A DNA stretch of 64,000 nucleotides from contig OX597822.1 of NCBI GenBank assembly GCA_951406725.2, positions 118,234,001-118,298,000 of the forward strand, in the 5' to 3' direction. A program made the translations under genes and the position numbers. Below, in pieces: positions 41,152-57,526 of this stretch; the first letter of the stretch is position 1; every line of letters starts with the position of its first letter. This DNA is from Octopus vulgaris (taxonomy: Eukaryota). The notes below the pieces were generated by a model. That model was not told the DNA's origin. It saw only the letters and a program-made list of their open reading frames with translations, and made no database searches.

Positions 41152-41945
41152 GGGGCACCGCCTTGGAGGACTTTTAGTTGCATGAGTCGACACCCCTAAC
41201 AGTACTTATTTTTTGTTAAGCTTTGTACTTATTCTCTCGAAACTCACTTGTTACGGGGACGTAAACACACGAACACTGGTTATCAAGCAGTGGTGGGGGG
41301 CACAAATCCAGACATACGATGGGCTCCTTTCAGTTTTCGTCTATCAAATACACTGACAAGACTTTGGTCGGCCCGAGGCTATAGTAGAAGACACTTGCCC
41401 AAGGTGCCACGCAGTGGGACTGAACCCAGAACGATGTGTTTCGGAAGCAAGCTTTTTATTGCACAGCCACGTTCGTCTGTTGAAGCAACGATGGCCATCT
41501 ATTCATCCTTAAGGATTACTGCTTACTTACTCTTTACTCTTTGCTCTTTTACTTGTTTCAGTCATCAGACTGTGGCCGTGCTGGAGCACCGCCTTTAGTC
41601 GAGCAACTCGACCACAGGACTTATTCTTTGTAAGCCTAGTACTTTTTCTATCGGTCTCTTATGCCGAACCGCTAAGTTACAGGGACGTAAACACACCAGC
41701 ATTGGTTGTCAAGCGATGTTGGGGGGACAAACACAAACACACAAACATACACACACACACATGCACACACATATAAACATATATACGACGGGATTCTTTC
41801 AGTTTCTGTCTACCAAATCCACTCACAAGGCTTTGGTTGGCCCGAGGCTATAGTAGAGGACACTTGCCCAAGGTGCCACGCAGTAGGTCTGAACCCGGAA
41901 CCATGTGGTTGGTAAGCAAGCTACTTACCACACAGCCACTCCTGC
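41152..41945 (-). mobile_element. Two tandem SINE family A copies (41152-41470 and 41535-41945)
   Basis: Both are reverse complements of the 60103-60515 type. The second is near full length. Confidence 0.9.
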
Positions 41946-43544
41946 TTCTATGCTTACACAGTGACTTTGTTTTTATTTTTTTAATAATGAAGAGTTGCGC
42001 ACTGCCAACCTTATTCTCTTGTCTGTGACCATCTGCAGTCAAGTTGAATGTCCAGGTCAAGATTACTGAGGATGGTGACCGATTCAGGGGCTGACAAAGG
42101 TGTCTTACTTACCTCGTCTTGCTCTTGCACTCCACAATGCGTTGCTGCTACCGTCTTCCCCTACGTTGAGCCATGATGGCTTCTTCCGCAGAGTCAACCG
42201 GATCCAGTCTTCACATGCATAGGTAGACAAGCCCTGCCCCAACTAATCCCTCCAAAACTATTACGAGTCTAACAATATAGTGACTGAGGAGCAGATAAGG
42301 AAAAAGAAGAGACTGTTGGGTTTTGCCGATTAGCTTTGGATAAATAAAGCTGTACTTTATGAATAGAACACCACAAAATATATTGTGAGTGTAGGGATTG
42401 ATTATAGGAAAATATTCGATTCTATTTTCTATTCATGGCTATCGAAATCATTGCACTTGACCAAAATACCTGATGTCTTAGTTGCCGCCATTGAAAAGAA
42501 CGTAAAGACTTGGTCTACAATCCTCACTCTTGTAACTGACAGAGGAACAATTGTCGCCGATGTTATAAATATTTCAAATGAATATTTCTAAAGGACAGTC
42601 TGTCTGTGCTTCTGTACACTTTGGAACTAAATCTTATTTCTTTTACAAAACTTCACTGGTTATGTTCGAGAGTATACAACAGCAAGTTACACTACTGTAA
42701 CCCATATTATTATTTGTAGATGATATAATGTTTATACTGGAAATATTTACAAGACTTAATAATAACTGGATTTTCTGCTTACATAGGGATTGAATTTAGC
42801 CAAAAGAAATGTTCTTGCTTGATAGTTGAATGCAGAAAATATATTTCCCGGCAACAACGATTTCTCTATCTCCCCTGTTCTACACTATGAGAACTATAAA
42901 AATATTTAGGTATTTGATGAAAATATATCATACAATGTTGCTGTGATTTAAAGTAGAGGAACCAAAGAAACATGGTCCTCAGAGCTTCCTTCTTACCAGA
43001 CAATACCCCGCAATGCATTTTCAGTAACAGCATTGATATCAACTGTTGGGATTCTTGACTGGTCAATCGACGTAATCAGCTCAACCTGCAAGATCTTTAT
43101 ATGAAAGAGCGACATTGACAGATGCTGTCACAGAGAAGGAGGATAGAGGACGAGGTTTATGGTCCGTACGAATATTCAACCATGTGCTCAGAAGCGAAGT
43201 GGGTCTCATTCCATAGGGTGGTAGTAACGCCCTTAAGAAGACCTTACATTCTGAAGACCTCCCAAATGAACTCAAAATTGCAGGACTTGCATAGCTAAAA
43301 GAATCTAGAAGTTAAACGTTCGGTGTTTCCCGTAAATATGAAATGTAACTTCTCTTGGATTTGTGATCTCTACTCCATGTTACATCTCGATGGTTATACG
43401 TTTGCAATCCAAGAGCAGAAGATCGGTACGAAATATTTCATGACCAAAAGAGACAGTGAAGCACTTAGACCCTCAAAATGACAATAAAAAATGTCGATTA
43501 TGTCAGAGTTCTGTAGAAAACATTATACATGCTGTTCCTTCTCG

Positions 43545-43827
43545 AGCCATGCCTGGCTCATAAGGGCTGGTTTCCCGGTTTCCTTGGCGTATAGGTTCCC
43601 CACCTGGACGAGGCGCCGATCCGTCGCAGGTGAGCCGCAAGATGCAGGGGGAAAGAGTGAAAGAAGGTTGTGGCGAAAGTGTCAGCAGAAGTTCGCCATT
43701 ACTTTCTGCCGGAACAGCGTGGAGCTTAGGTGTTTCGCTCATAAACAAACACATCGCCCGGTCTGAGATTCGAACCCGCGATCCCTCAACCGCGCGTCCG
43801 CTGCTCTAACCACCAGGCTATGTGCCT
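43545..43827 (-). mobile_element. tRNA-derived SINE family B
   Basis: Minus-strand head TAGCCTGGTGGTTAGAGCAGCGGAC...GGGTTCGAATCTC. The body resembles 13327-13630. Confidence 0.88.
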
Positions 43828-44127
43828 TAATACATTATACATGTGATCAGTAGCGACCCAAAATTAGCATCAAGGTCCGACTGCCTATTGTGACTGGGGT
43901 AAACCAGAGATGTAATTGTTAGTTGAAAACTATTGTTTACAATGCTACAGTAGGAAAACCTCCCCCAGAATGAAAATTGACAGTGCCTCATTTTATGAAA
44001 GACATGTATATCCTCACAAGGAACATTACTATCAAAACTTCATTCAAGTGCAAACATAACAGCCCTAACAGAGATGCTTGGGGCAAGAAACAATAAAATC
44101 AAAATGCAGTTATAGAGGTTAGTTGCC

Positions 44128-44512
44128 TGCAGAAATGCTTAGCGGTATTTCGTCTGCCGTTACGTTCTGAGTTCAAATTCCGCCGAGGTCAACTTTGCCT
44201 TTTATCCTTTCGGGGTCGATTAAATAAGTAACAATCACTCACTGGGGTCGATATTATCGAGTTAATCCGTTTGTCTGTCCTTGTTTGTCTTCTCTGTGTT
44301 TAGCCCTTTGTATGTAGTAAAGAAATAGGTATTTTGTCTATCTTTTACGTTCTGAGTTTAAATCCCGCCGAGGTCGACTTTACCTTTCATCCTTTCGGGG
44401 TCGATAAATTAAGTACCAGTTACGCACTGGGGTCGATATAATCGACTTAATCCGTTTGTCTGTCCTTGTTGTCGCCTCTGTGTTTAGCCCCTTGTGGGCA
44501 ATAAAGAAATAA
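44128..44512 (+). mobile_element. SINE family C, partial tandem dimer
   Basis: Two successive units TACGTTCTGAGTT(C/T)AAAT(T/C)CCGCCGAGGTC...GGGGTCGAT...TAAAGAAATA. Confidence 0.88.
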
Positions 44513-45262
44513 GATGTGATCATCTCTCCCAAAATAGTGGAAATATGAGGATAGTGATAGATGTTTACTTAGAAACCTTTAGCTTCTACGCCCAGATTAT
44601 AAGTTCACATTTACACCAATAATTGTTGGCATATTTAGATATGTTAGTAAATATCTATATGACAATCTGGAGAATTTAGGAATCTTGGAATGACAGGCTA
44701 ACACGCGCTCTACATAGAGAATCTATGACCGGAAAAACCAAAATTATGCAAGACTTCTCTGACTTCAACTTGTGACGACTTTCGTCGCTGTTAACCAAAT
44801 TCCAGCGAAGGAGTGGAGCTTCTTTGTTAGAAAACAGCTCGCTTCTTGTTGGAAAAAATTCAAATCATTAAGAACAAAGAAGCATTCTTAAATTTATACA
44901 AACGCATACACACACACACAAACACTTGCATAATCAGGGTTCGTTTGTAAACAGTTCAACTAGAAATATAAACAGCTGTTGCTTTTAGATTCTTTACAAT
45001 TTGAATAATAGTTAATCTCTATCTTGCAATCCCCCCTGCCACTCCTTCTTACTCTCCCCTCTTCTGCCTCTCTCTCTCTCTCTCTCACTCTCTCTACTCT
45101 CTCTCTCTCTCTCTTTCGTCGCGCATTTAAGTTCTGCCTTCTTGTGTGTGTGTGTGTGTGTGTGTGTGTATAAGTAGACAGACGCATAAATATGTACATT
45201 TTATGTGTATGAATTGATAAGCGTATGTGTACATATATATATAAATATATATATATACATCT

Positions 45263-45406
<144 letters not shown>

Positions 45407-45818
45407 ATGCGTGTGTGCGTGAGCGTGTGTGTGTGTGTGTACGTTAATGTTTAGAGAGGCAGAGAAAGAGAGAGAGACAAAAAAAACTGGCAGACAGACA
45501 GACGAATGGATAGATGGATGGATGGATGGATGGATGACTGACAGGGGAGATAAAGAGAGAGGTGTGGTCAGTGAGGGAGAGAGAGAGAGAGAAAAGACAA
45601 TCTTAAATGAACAGTTAGATTTATTAAACATTGCACAATAGTTTGGAGACTCGGAAAGAACAATCATTTTTGCACTTGTAAGGGGGGACTACGTCTGCTC
45701 CTGTAAGCAACTGATAAATGGATTCGTCGACTGCATACGGGTCTTTGCATATATGCGTGTGAATTTATACACACACACACAGACATATATATCTGAGTGT
45801 ATTCTATAATACACTCAC

Positions 45819-48741
<2,923 letters not shown>

Positions 48742-48754
48742 GTATGTATATATG

Positions 48755-48826
<72 letters not shown>

Positions 48827-48886
48827 CATATATGTATATATATATATACACATATATGTATATATACATACACGTATATATGTATG

Positions 48887-48934
<48 letters not shown>

Positions 48935-49007
48935 CATACATATATACGTGTATGTATATACACGCGCACGCACCTACACACACACACATTCACAGACTCA
49001 CCCACAC

Positions 49008-49045
<38 letters not shown>

Positions 49046-49230
49046 ACGCATTCACACACACACACACATTCACACACACACGCATTCACACACACACACA
49101 CACCTACACAGACACACACGCGCGCGCGCGAAGTTCAATAATTATCGCCACATTAATACAGAGTGCAGCTGTGCAAGTTACTGTCTGAAAGACATGAAAG
49201 ACACAACCGTACGTTCCACGAAAGAGAGGG

Positions 49231-49303
<73 letters not shown>

Positions 49304-49689
49304 CCATATTAATATTTATATTTCAACAAAGAAATTCTGCTTTATTAATTCGGTCCTTGAATTCCTGTGGAGTCAGCATTTGTTCGGTGCTGAGACAAAT
49401 GCTTGAAACACACCTCAAGTGAGAGCTTTTCTACCAACGCTCCCTTCTTTTTTTTATAATCCTTTTATTCCCATCGTCGACCCCGTTCATAGAAAGGCTT
49501 GAACCACTCACTGCTTCTTAATAAAGCCCTTAATTAAACGCCCTGATTTAAGTAAGTGAAGTGGCAGCATTAGTATAGTGTCTTACGGATTGTAGTTCGT
49601 AATTGAAACATCATCATCTACGATATGCGTTCAAATCTGAAGAAGGGTCAGCTTTTATTTAAGCCTTCCGCGGGCATATAGAATTAAAT

Positions 49690-49880
49690 TTTGGCACATG
49701 ACCAGCAATTTGGGGAGAGGGGAGAAAGTCGATTGCATCGACCCCTGTACTCAATTGGCACTTATTTTATCTACTGCCGAAAGGAACCAAAGTAACATCG
49801 ACCTTGGCTACATTTGAACTCAGAATGTAAAAGCGGGCGAAATGCCGCAAAGTATTTTGCCAGGCGTGCTAACGATTCCA
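49690..49880 (-). mobile_element. SINE family C, diverged
   Basis: Contains ATTTGAACTCAGAATGTAAA...GAAATGCCGC...GGCGTGCTAACGATTC. Confidence 0.75.
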
Positions 49881-50300
49881 CCACCTCGTGGTTCTCTAAA
49901 ATTAAATATTAGCCACTTGCAAGCAACGATATAGTCGACCATACCCAACTCTGCTACGGAGTAGTAGCACATATCAGGGTCCCTGCTATTGGTTAAATAG
50001 TATGTAACCACCCAAGCCAGTGTACGTTGAAATTATGGGATGCAGCATGATGGATATGAAATATTTTGGAAAGTTAATTAATTGAGTCAATGGAGAATAT
50101 CACTGACAAGTCAACGGACATGATCAACCAGTGCAGTGAGTGAAATACTGCTATCATCTATTATCGTGGCGTGTCTAGATGAGATATCTCAGCAAGCGAA
50201 ACACCAATGTGACAAAAACTCAAGCCAGATGTTCATACCGTATCGCTCGATCAGGATATCTGGCATAGAAGAGCTACGTCGGTCCGAACATTTATCCGAC

Positions 50301-50358
<58 letters not shown>

Positions 50359-50869
50359 CGACGATGACGACGACGACGACGATGATGATGATGATACTTA
50401 ACGACCAAATCTGAGGACTTATGGCTTTGTTTAAAGAAAAGTTGTATATATCTATGTGTATGTGTCTTTATAGTTGTGTTTGTCTTCTACCAACGCCTGA
50501 CAACCGGTGTTAGTGTGTTTATGTCCCCGTAACTTAACGGCTCGTCGGCAAAAAGTGACTGATAGAATAAGCTCAAGGCTTTTAAAAAAAATTAAGTCTC
50601 GGGTTGATTTGTTAGACTAAAGATCCTTCGATGCGATGTCCCTGCTTGGCCTGGGCCAAATGACTGGAACAAGTGACAGATAAAAGACAGACAATATTTC
50701 CGGCATTATTCACTTCAGGTGAGAACCATTTTGTTGAATGGTACCTTTTGACAGCAAGATAAGTTACATGTCACCGATAGATGAGCTAGTGATTATAGAT
50801 GATTGACTTTTTAATTAAGTAGCCCAATCACGTATCAATTTGATTATTTGCAATTACCATATATTTTTT

Positions 50870-51115
50870 GCGCCCTTTTAAAGCCTCGCCAGGCTCATGG
50901 GCCCGGTTTCCCGGTTTCTATGGCGTATGTGTTCCCCAGATGGACGGGACACCACTCCATCGCAGCGTTACTCATTTTTACCATCCGAGTGGACTGGAGC
51001 AACGTGAAATGAAGTGTTTTGCTCAAGAACACAACGCGTCGCCCGGCCCTGGAATCGAAACCACAATCTTACGATCATGATGCTGACACCCTAACCACTA
51101 AGCCTCGCGCCTCCA
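50870..51115 (-). mobile_element. tRNA-derived SINE family B
   Basis: Minus-strand head GGCTTAGTGGTTAGGGTG...GGTTTCGATTCC and a CORE-like GTGTTCTTGAGCAAAACACTTCATTTCACGTTGCTCC segment. Its 3' part is shared with 13327-13430. Confidence 0.9.
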
Positions 51116-51245
51116 CGATTACCGTATATGCCGGTGTATATATGCCAATTGGGTATATAAAACGAATCCAGGAGATCCTTTTGAAATGTAGGCTTTCAGC
51201 TCTTCTCGTTGTATAAGACGATCTCACAATGTTTCACCCGTGAAA

Positions 51246-51460
51246 GGCAGCGAGCTGGTAGAACCGTTAGCACACCGGACAAAATTATTAGCGGCATTTC
51301 GTCTGTCTCTACGTTCTGAGTTCAAATTCCGCCGAGGTTGACTTTACCTTTCATCTTTCGGGGTCGATAAAATAAGTACCAGTTGAACACGGGGGTCGAC
51401 GTTATCAACTTAACCCGTCCTCCGACATCGCTGGCCTTGTGCTAAAATTTGAAAGCAATA
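51246..51460 (+). mobile_element. SINE family C, full length
   Basis: Reads GGCAGCGAGCTGGTAGAACCGTTAGC...GAGTTCAAATTCCGCCGAGG...GGGGTCGATAAAATAAGTACCAG. Confidence 0.88.
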
Positions 51461-51852
51461 TTTCACCCGTGACTCAGTGGTTGGAAGGTGCACGAGGCAG
51501 ATGGAACGCCTCTATAATCATTGCAACATCGTCCGTTGTCGCCAAGTTTTTTCGTTTTGTTTGTTTTTACCGGAAGCATTTTTTAATAAACGTTGATAAA
51601 GTACATCCCGTTTCATTTTTTTTATTATTTCTTCTCGTTTGTAAAGTTGATCTCGATTCAAAATACCGTCGTGAAGCTTTCTACTTTTAGTCTCCATGAT
51701 TGTTTTTAACCTAATATTTGCACGCTACTTTTGTAGCTTTAGCTGGTTCGAGATCTATATGTGTATCCTTGTGTGTGTGTGTGTGCGTGTGTGGCTCCAG
51801 TATGGCCGCAATCAAATGACTGAAACAAATAAAAGAAGACACACACACACAC

Positions 51853-51910
<58 letters not shown>

Positions 51911-52000
51911 GGTGCGGTGAATATATGTGTCTATGTGCGTGTGTATGTATACACGCACATGCACTCACGTGCACACACACATGCACGCACACACATACAC

Positions 52001-52067
<67 letters not shown>

Positions 52068-52428
52068 TTAGCCAATTTTGCAAAATGACTACAAATATTA
52101 GTTCAGAAATATGGTTTATGACCAAAAGACAAGCAAGAGACGCGACTAAGTTTGACAAATTAGAAATATAAAGATGTCTACGCGAATACTGGAATACATA
52201 CGTAGAGAGACTGCCAGAAGGAGAGGAAATAAGATATTAGTGATACGATGATAAATGGATTATTGAATAAAGATATTAATAGCTATAGTAAACAGTCAAA
52301 CAAATGTATGTTTAATTCTTTTTTGGAACATTGTGCCTCGAACAATGTAAAGCTATAAATAATAGCGTAAGAGAGAAAAGAGTAATTTCACATGATATCG
52401 CAGTTCATAAATGCTTATGACGTCAAGA

Positions 52429-52459
<31 letters not shown>

Positions 52460-52634
52460 TGTATGTATGTATGTATGTATGTATGTACGTATGCTTGTAT
52501 GATGATGAATAATGTACACCGGTGTTCACGCGTGCGCAAGTCTGTGCGCACGCGTGAATGCGCCCACACAGGTGCATGCACGCGTAATGCACATCCATGC
52601 ATTATGCGTGCATATGCAGGTACACACCCGCATC

Positions 52635-52702
52635 ACGAACGGGAACGTGAAATTCTGAGTAACAGCTTTTGTGATATTTCTGCTGCTTTTAAATAAAGTA
52701 TA
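52635..52702 (+). mobile_element. Truncated single-arm copy of the 37635 hammerhead element
   Basis: ACGAACGGGAACGTGAAATTCTGAGTAACAGCTTTTGTGATATTTCTGCTGCTTTTAAATAAAGTATA aligns to the arms of 37635-37799. Confidence 0.85.
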
Positions 52703-52709
52703 TACATAT

Positions 52710-52751
<42 letters not shown>

Positions 52752-53175
52752 GTGTGTGTGTGCGTGTGTGTGTGTATATACACACATTTATGTCAGTTAA
52801 AGGAATATATGTATTATCGAAATAATTTGTATCCAAAATTATGTCTGTCTAAGCGTGTGATGCTGTCTATGTGTAAGTAAAAATGTATATGTGTATGTAT
52901 GTAGGTGTCTGTATGACTGTGCATATGATTGTATGTTTATGTATGTATGTATGCATGTATGGATATGTATTTCTAATCCCTAACTTTTCTTCTCCCTCCT
53001 TTTTGTACTACATGGTTTGCTCTTCACTCTTCCCCTGTCCTATCTATACGCCTCCTGATTACTACTTAAATATATATATATAAACGCTTCATCCAAACGT
53101 AAATCTTGTAATTCCTATTAGCATGTGAAACATGTGCAATGGGGAATAAATAATATCAAAAGCCATTTTCCAGTT

Positions 53176-53176
53176 T

Positions 53177-53210
<34 letters not shown>

Positions 53211-53461
53211 ATGAGAATGTGTGTCTGTCTGTCTGTGTGTCTATCTGTCTGTGTGAATCCCTAAAACTCGAGAACTACACAACCGACTTCATTCAAATTT
53301 TATACATGCCCTACTTAGGGTCCACGCAGTGTCGTGGACCCAAAAACTTTTCAAATTCTTGCCTAATGCGAGCCATGAGTAATTTCTAGTTTCTTACACT
53401 ATTTCAGTGTTATGTCTCTATTGTAATGTGAGAAAATACTTTCAGCTTGAAAGAAATATGT

Positions 53462-53502
<41 letters not shown>

Positions 53503-54119
53503 TCTTTATACATTCCAAAACCGAGTTACCGATTTTGACGTATGTGGTATCAAAAGATTCAGTACTATTTCGGCTACAAACTAAGCATAATTTTCGTTCG
53601 CATATTTGCATTTCAAAACTCTAACATTATAATCTTTTTCCATAAATCAACTATCGTAAACATTTTATACGACGACGACGACGATGACGTCACATTTTCT
53701 GTATGTGTGTGTACCTTAAAAGACATCAATCATCACGACACACACCCTCACTCGCTCACTCTATCTCTCTCTCTTTCTCTATCGCACACACGCGCACGCA
53801 CGCACACACACACACACACACACACACGTCCATTTCATATACACGTACATACATCTTTCATTTTCTCATCTCCTTCACTTTCTGCTCTCTCTCCCCTTTT
53901 TGCTTTCTCTTCTTTCAATTTTCCATGACGGGTTAGGGCCTAAAATACTCCAAACAAACGCATAGCATGTTGCTTAGTTGAATTAGCCCAGCATTTACTC
54001 CACAAATGTTTTGTTGTCAAGGCTGCACTCTCCTATATCACCTGTTTCAACATAACTGTAATATATTATATACAAACTATGCTATTTTAATCCCGAACAA
54101 CGCCGGGTATCTCTGCTAG
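53176..54119 (+). mobile_element. Non-autonomous Helitron (second subfamily)
   Basis: 5' TC followed by (TA)n and (GTCT)n. The 3' end CCCGAACAACGCCGGG-tatctctg-CTAG|t is nearly the same hairpin as the 12632 element. The 5' boundary is approximate. Confidence 0.8.
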
Positions 54120-54139
54120 TATATATATATATATATATA

Positions 54140-54494
54140 TATAGTGTACATTTAAACACATAAGCAATCTACTCGTGGAATTCAACACGCTAGAAAGAAT
54201 AGCTAGATTCTATAACCACAAAAATTAAGGATAAATGAAAGAATATAACAGAAAACATTGATGGTACATTATGTTTTCATTTCGTTCCTGTCAAATTTTA
54301 TCCCTAATTTTTGTGGTTATAGAACCTAGCTGTTCTTTCTAGCGTGTTGAATTCCACAAGTGGATTCCTTGTGTGTTTAAATGTACACTATATATTATCA
54401 CTAATGCATAGTCTTTTGGGACTAAATTTTCACACGTTAGGCCGCTGGAAGTGACAATTTTAATTAATTATCCATTTCCCTTTGATATGTTTAA

Positions 54495-54497
<3 letters not shown>
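54140..54497. repeat. Fold-back element: ~95-bp imperfect inverted arms plus ~100-nt one-sided tail, between (TA)n tracts
   Basis: TAGTGTACATTTAAACAC...TATAACCACAAAAATTAAGGATAAA pairs with TTTATCCCTAATTTTTGTGGTTATAG...GTGTTTAAATGTACACTA. No hammerhead was seen. Confidence 0.85.
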
Positions 54498-54557
<60 letters not shown>

Positions 54558-54680
54558 GAATTCCAACCTTGTCTGATTTTCACGTTTTATTTACAATCTT
54601 ATAATGATATATTATAAGATAATATATTATAATTGAATAAAATAAAATGAAATAGTAGAATGTTAAATATTCATTCTGAT

Positions 54681-54725
54681 TGAACTAGTACTTTCATGCA
54701 TTGAATTCTGCAATCTTCGGGTTCA
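54681..54725 (-). ncRNA. Minimal type I hammerhead in the PLE terminal repeat (minus copy)
   Basis: Exact reverse complement of 56459-56503. Confidence 0.85.
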
Positions 54726-55219
54726 TGTAGTAGTGTTGACAGTCATGCTTCACAATTTTTGACTGTAGCAAGATGAGTGATTCTGTGCTATAAATACAGC
54801 TGGGTAGGCTCCAGAGTGCTAGGTTTTGCAAACTGTATTCTGACCAATCAGTGTGTAGTATCACTCAATTACTTAAGCTGATTGGTTGGTTGAGCTGATT
54901 GGTTTAGGCATCACGCTTTGTTGGACAGGTCAAGAGTCCTGTATCTTGACCCTGGCCGAAGCAGCAATTGTTGGGTTATTTTTAGAAATGTTGTAAATAT
55001 CCTTTGTCAGAGATTTTTATATTTTTATATTTCAATTGTCATCATCATCATTGTCAGCACCTTAATTATTGTTGCTAGTGGTGATGGTGGTGGCAATAGA
55101 ACTTTTAACCCTAAATAAGATAATTTTCCTGCTATCTTCGTCTTGATCACCTTTAGTATTGTTGTTGTTGTTAGTGGTCATGGTCGTAGCAGTGGAAGTA
55201 ATACCTCTAAGTATTATTA

Positions 55220-55785
55220 TTATTGCTTATTTAGCTTGGGTTCGAATTTATCAATAAAATTCTTTTCTCTGATTTTCCTCTCGATTTCACTTGGGCTGTG
55301 TAATTTGTAGAATGGAAATATTATATATATTTTCCGACCACATGTTGCTAGGTGGTTACTCAAAGGTATCTGACGGACCTCTGGGTCTCTAATCTGTTGC
55401 CGGTGTACACGTGAGCGTTCTAATAGTGCGTTTCCCGTCTGACCTACATATATTTCTTCACAATTTGGGCATTTGATGCAGTAAATTAAATTTCTGCTTT
55501 TGCAGTTCATATTCGCGTTTGTGAATATTTTCCCGGTTTTTGTGTTTATATATTGACCGGTATGTATGAATTGGCATGTGCCACATCGGCTATCATTGCA
55601 TTTAGATACCGTGAATGTTTGGTCTTTGTTGCTGAGGTCAAATTTTGCCTTTGTTAGTAATGTTTTCAAGTTTTTAGGCTGTCTTTTACTAAGCACCATA
55701 GCTCGATCCTTGATTATGTCTTTTAATTCATTACTTTGGGCAATGATTGGTAGGTTTGCTTTGGCAATGTTGAAGATATTCTGGT
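55220..55785 (-). CDS. PLE linker + GIY-YIG endonuclease fragment
   Basis: Translates SKRQPKNLKTLLTKAKF...CNDSRCGTC...LIYCIKCPNCEEIYVGQT...IFPFYK...FEPKLN, homologous to the C-terminus of 46207-47631. Confidence 0.88.
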
Positions 55786-56281
55786 GACAGATTAGAGACC
55801 CAGAGGTCCGTCAGATACCTTTGAGTAACCACCTAGCAACATGTGGTCGGAAAATATATATAATATTTCCATTCTACAAATTACACAGCCCAAGTGAAAT
55901 CGAGAGGAAAATCAGAGAAAAGAATTTTATTGATAAATTCGAACCCAAGCTAAATAAGCAATAATAATAATACTTAGAGGTATTACTTCCACTGCTACGA
56001 CCATGACCACTAACAACAACAACAATACTAAAGGTGATCAAGACGAAGATAGCAGGAAAATTATCTTATTTAGGGTTAAAAGTTCTATTGCCACCACCAT
56101 CACCACTAGCAACAATAATTAAGGTGCTGACAATGATGATGATGACAATTGAAATATAAAAATATAAAAATCTCTGACAAAGGATATTTACAACATTTCT
56201 AAAAATAACCCAACAATTGCTGCTTCGGCCAGGGTCAAGATACAGGACTCTTGACCTGTCCAACAAAGCGTGATGCCTAAA

Positions 56282-56395
56282 CCAATCAGCTCAACCAACC
56301 AATCAGCTTAAGTAATTGAGTGATACTACACACTGATTGGTCAGAATACAGTTTGCAAAACCTAGCACTCTGGAGCCTACCCAGCTGTATTTATA
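56282..56395 (+). promoter_or_regulatory. Candidate Pol II promoter in the PLE terminal repeat
   Basis: CCAATCAG at 56282 and 56299, reverse CTGATTGG ending at 56340, and TATTTATA at 56388-56395, about 65 nt upstream of the hammerhead. It is mirrored at 54789-54902. Confidence 0.55.
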
Positions 56396-56458
56396 GCACA
56401 GAATCACTCATCTTGCTACAGTCAAAAATTGTGAAGCATGACTGTCAACACTACTACA

Positions 56459-56503
56459 TGAACCCGAAGATTGCAGAATTCAATGCATGAAAGTACTAGT
56501 TCA
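56459..56503 (+). ncRNA. Minimal type I hammerhead in the PLE terminal repeat (plus copy; CCGAAGA core variant)
   Basis: Reads tgaac-CCGAAGA-t-tgca-gaattcaa-tgca-t-GAAA-GTAC-TA-gttca. Helix I has 5 bp, helix III is palindromic (AGTACT), the triplet is CUA and AATAAA follows at 56593. Confidence 0.85.
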
Positions 56504-57089
56504 ATCAGAATGAATATTTAACATTCTACTATTTCATTTTATTTTATTCAATTATAATATATTATCTTATAATATATCATTATAAGATTGTAAATAAAAC
56601 GTGAAAATCAGACAAGGTTGGAATTCTTTTTATTAATATATTCTTCTATACACAATCACACACCCCCTATATATATATATATCTATATATATATATATAT
56701 ATATATATATAAGCGTATAAGTGTATGCATACGTAATCATATATATGTATACACACACACACACCAAATATTAAAAAAATTGAAATGTGATCACGCTGCA
56801 GCGCCCCGAAAACCCACACCAGTTTTCCCACCGCGAACCCACCAAAACTGGGCTTCTCCACTCTTCCACCAAATTTTCTAGATTTTGGCAATCTTTCCCA
56901 TCTGCAAGTCCCCCGCAAGAGTTCTTCTTGAAATAAAGAAATAAGTTGCTTATTTCTCTATTTCAGAACTAAGATGGTAGACAACGATAAAAATGATCTA
57001 CTAGTATACTTTGCCGTGCGTATTTCTCAGCCAGAGGCAATGCAAACTAGTGTTGGCACTTCTTTAGTATAGTATCTTATATTTTTTTC

Positions 57090-57526
57090 GCTTACTTGTT
57101 TCAGACATTGGACTTTGGTCAAGCTTGGGTACTGCCTTGGAGAATGGTAGAAAAAAAGTTTCCCATTTATTTTAAGTCTTGCACTTATTTTATTGGTCTC
57201 TTTTGCTGAAGCGCTAGTGTACAGGTGCATAAACAAACCGACACCGGTTGTCAAGTAGCAGTGGGGGAGACAAACACAAGGACACGTACTCGAGCGCTCA
57301 CACACACACACACACATACTTGTGTATATATGTACATATATGTATGTGTATGTATGTATGTATGTATGTGTGGATGGATGGATGGATGGATGGATGGATG
57401 GATGGACGACGGGATTCCATACAGTTTCTATCTACTAAATATTTTCACAGGGCGTTTCGCAGTTGGACTGAACCCGAAACCATAATGTTGCAAAGCTAGC
57501 TTCTTAACCACATGGCCGCGCCTGCG
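57090..57526 (-). mobile_element. SINE family A, diverged
   Basis: Colinear reverse complement of family A with an internal (CA)/(TATG)/(GGAT) tract. Confidence 0.75.

Larger units (their letters stand above)
42250..44780 (+). mobile_element. Heavily decayed R4/Dong-clade LINE interrupted by two SINE insertions
   Basis: RT piece IDYRKIFDSIFYSWLSKSL...IEKNVKTWSTIL...INISNEYF*GQS resembles DYKKAFDSVPHSW...GIFQGDS. C-terminal pieces VIEVSC and RPDYKFTFTPIIVG resemble the 35940-36520 fragment. Confidence 0.7.
54551..56668 (-). mobile_element. Young Penelope-like element: GIY-YIG 3' fragment with 847-bp inverted arms and a ~35-nt tail, in (TA)n
   Basis: Arms 54551-55397 and 55787-56633 have the same coordinate sum at both ends and at the ribozyme, so there is no net indel. 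The 389-bp spacer continues the ORF on the minus strand. Confidence 0.95.

Noticed and set aside
41990-42250. Possible RTE 5' UTR-like segment on the minus strand
   Set aside because: The resemblance is from memory only, with no ORF or second copy in the window.
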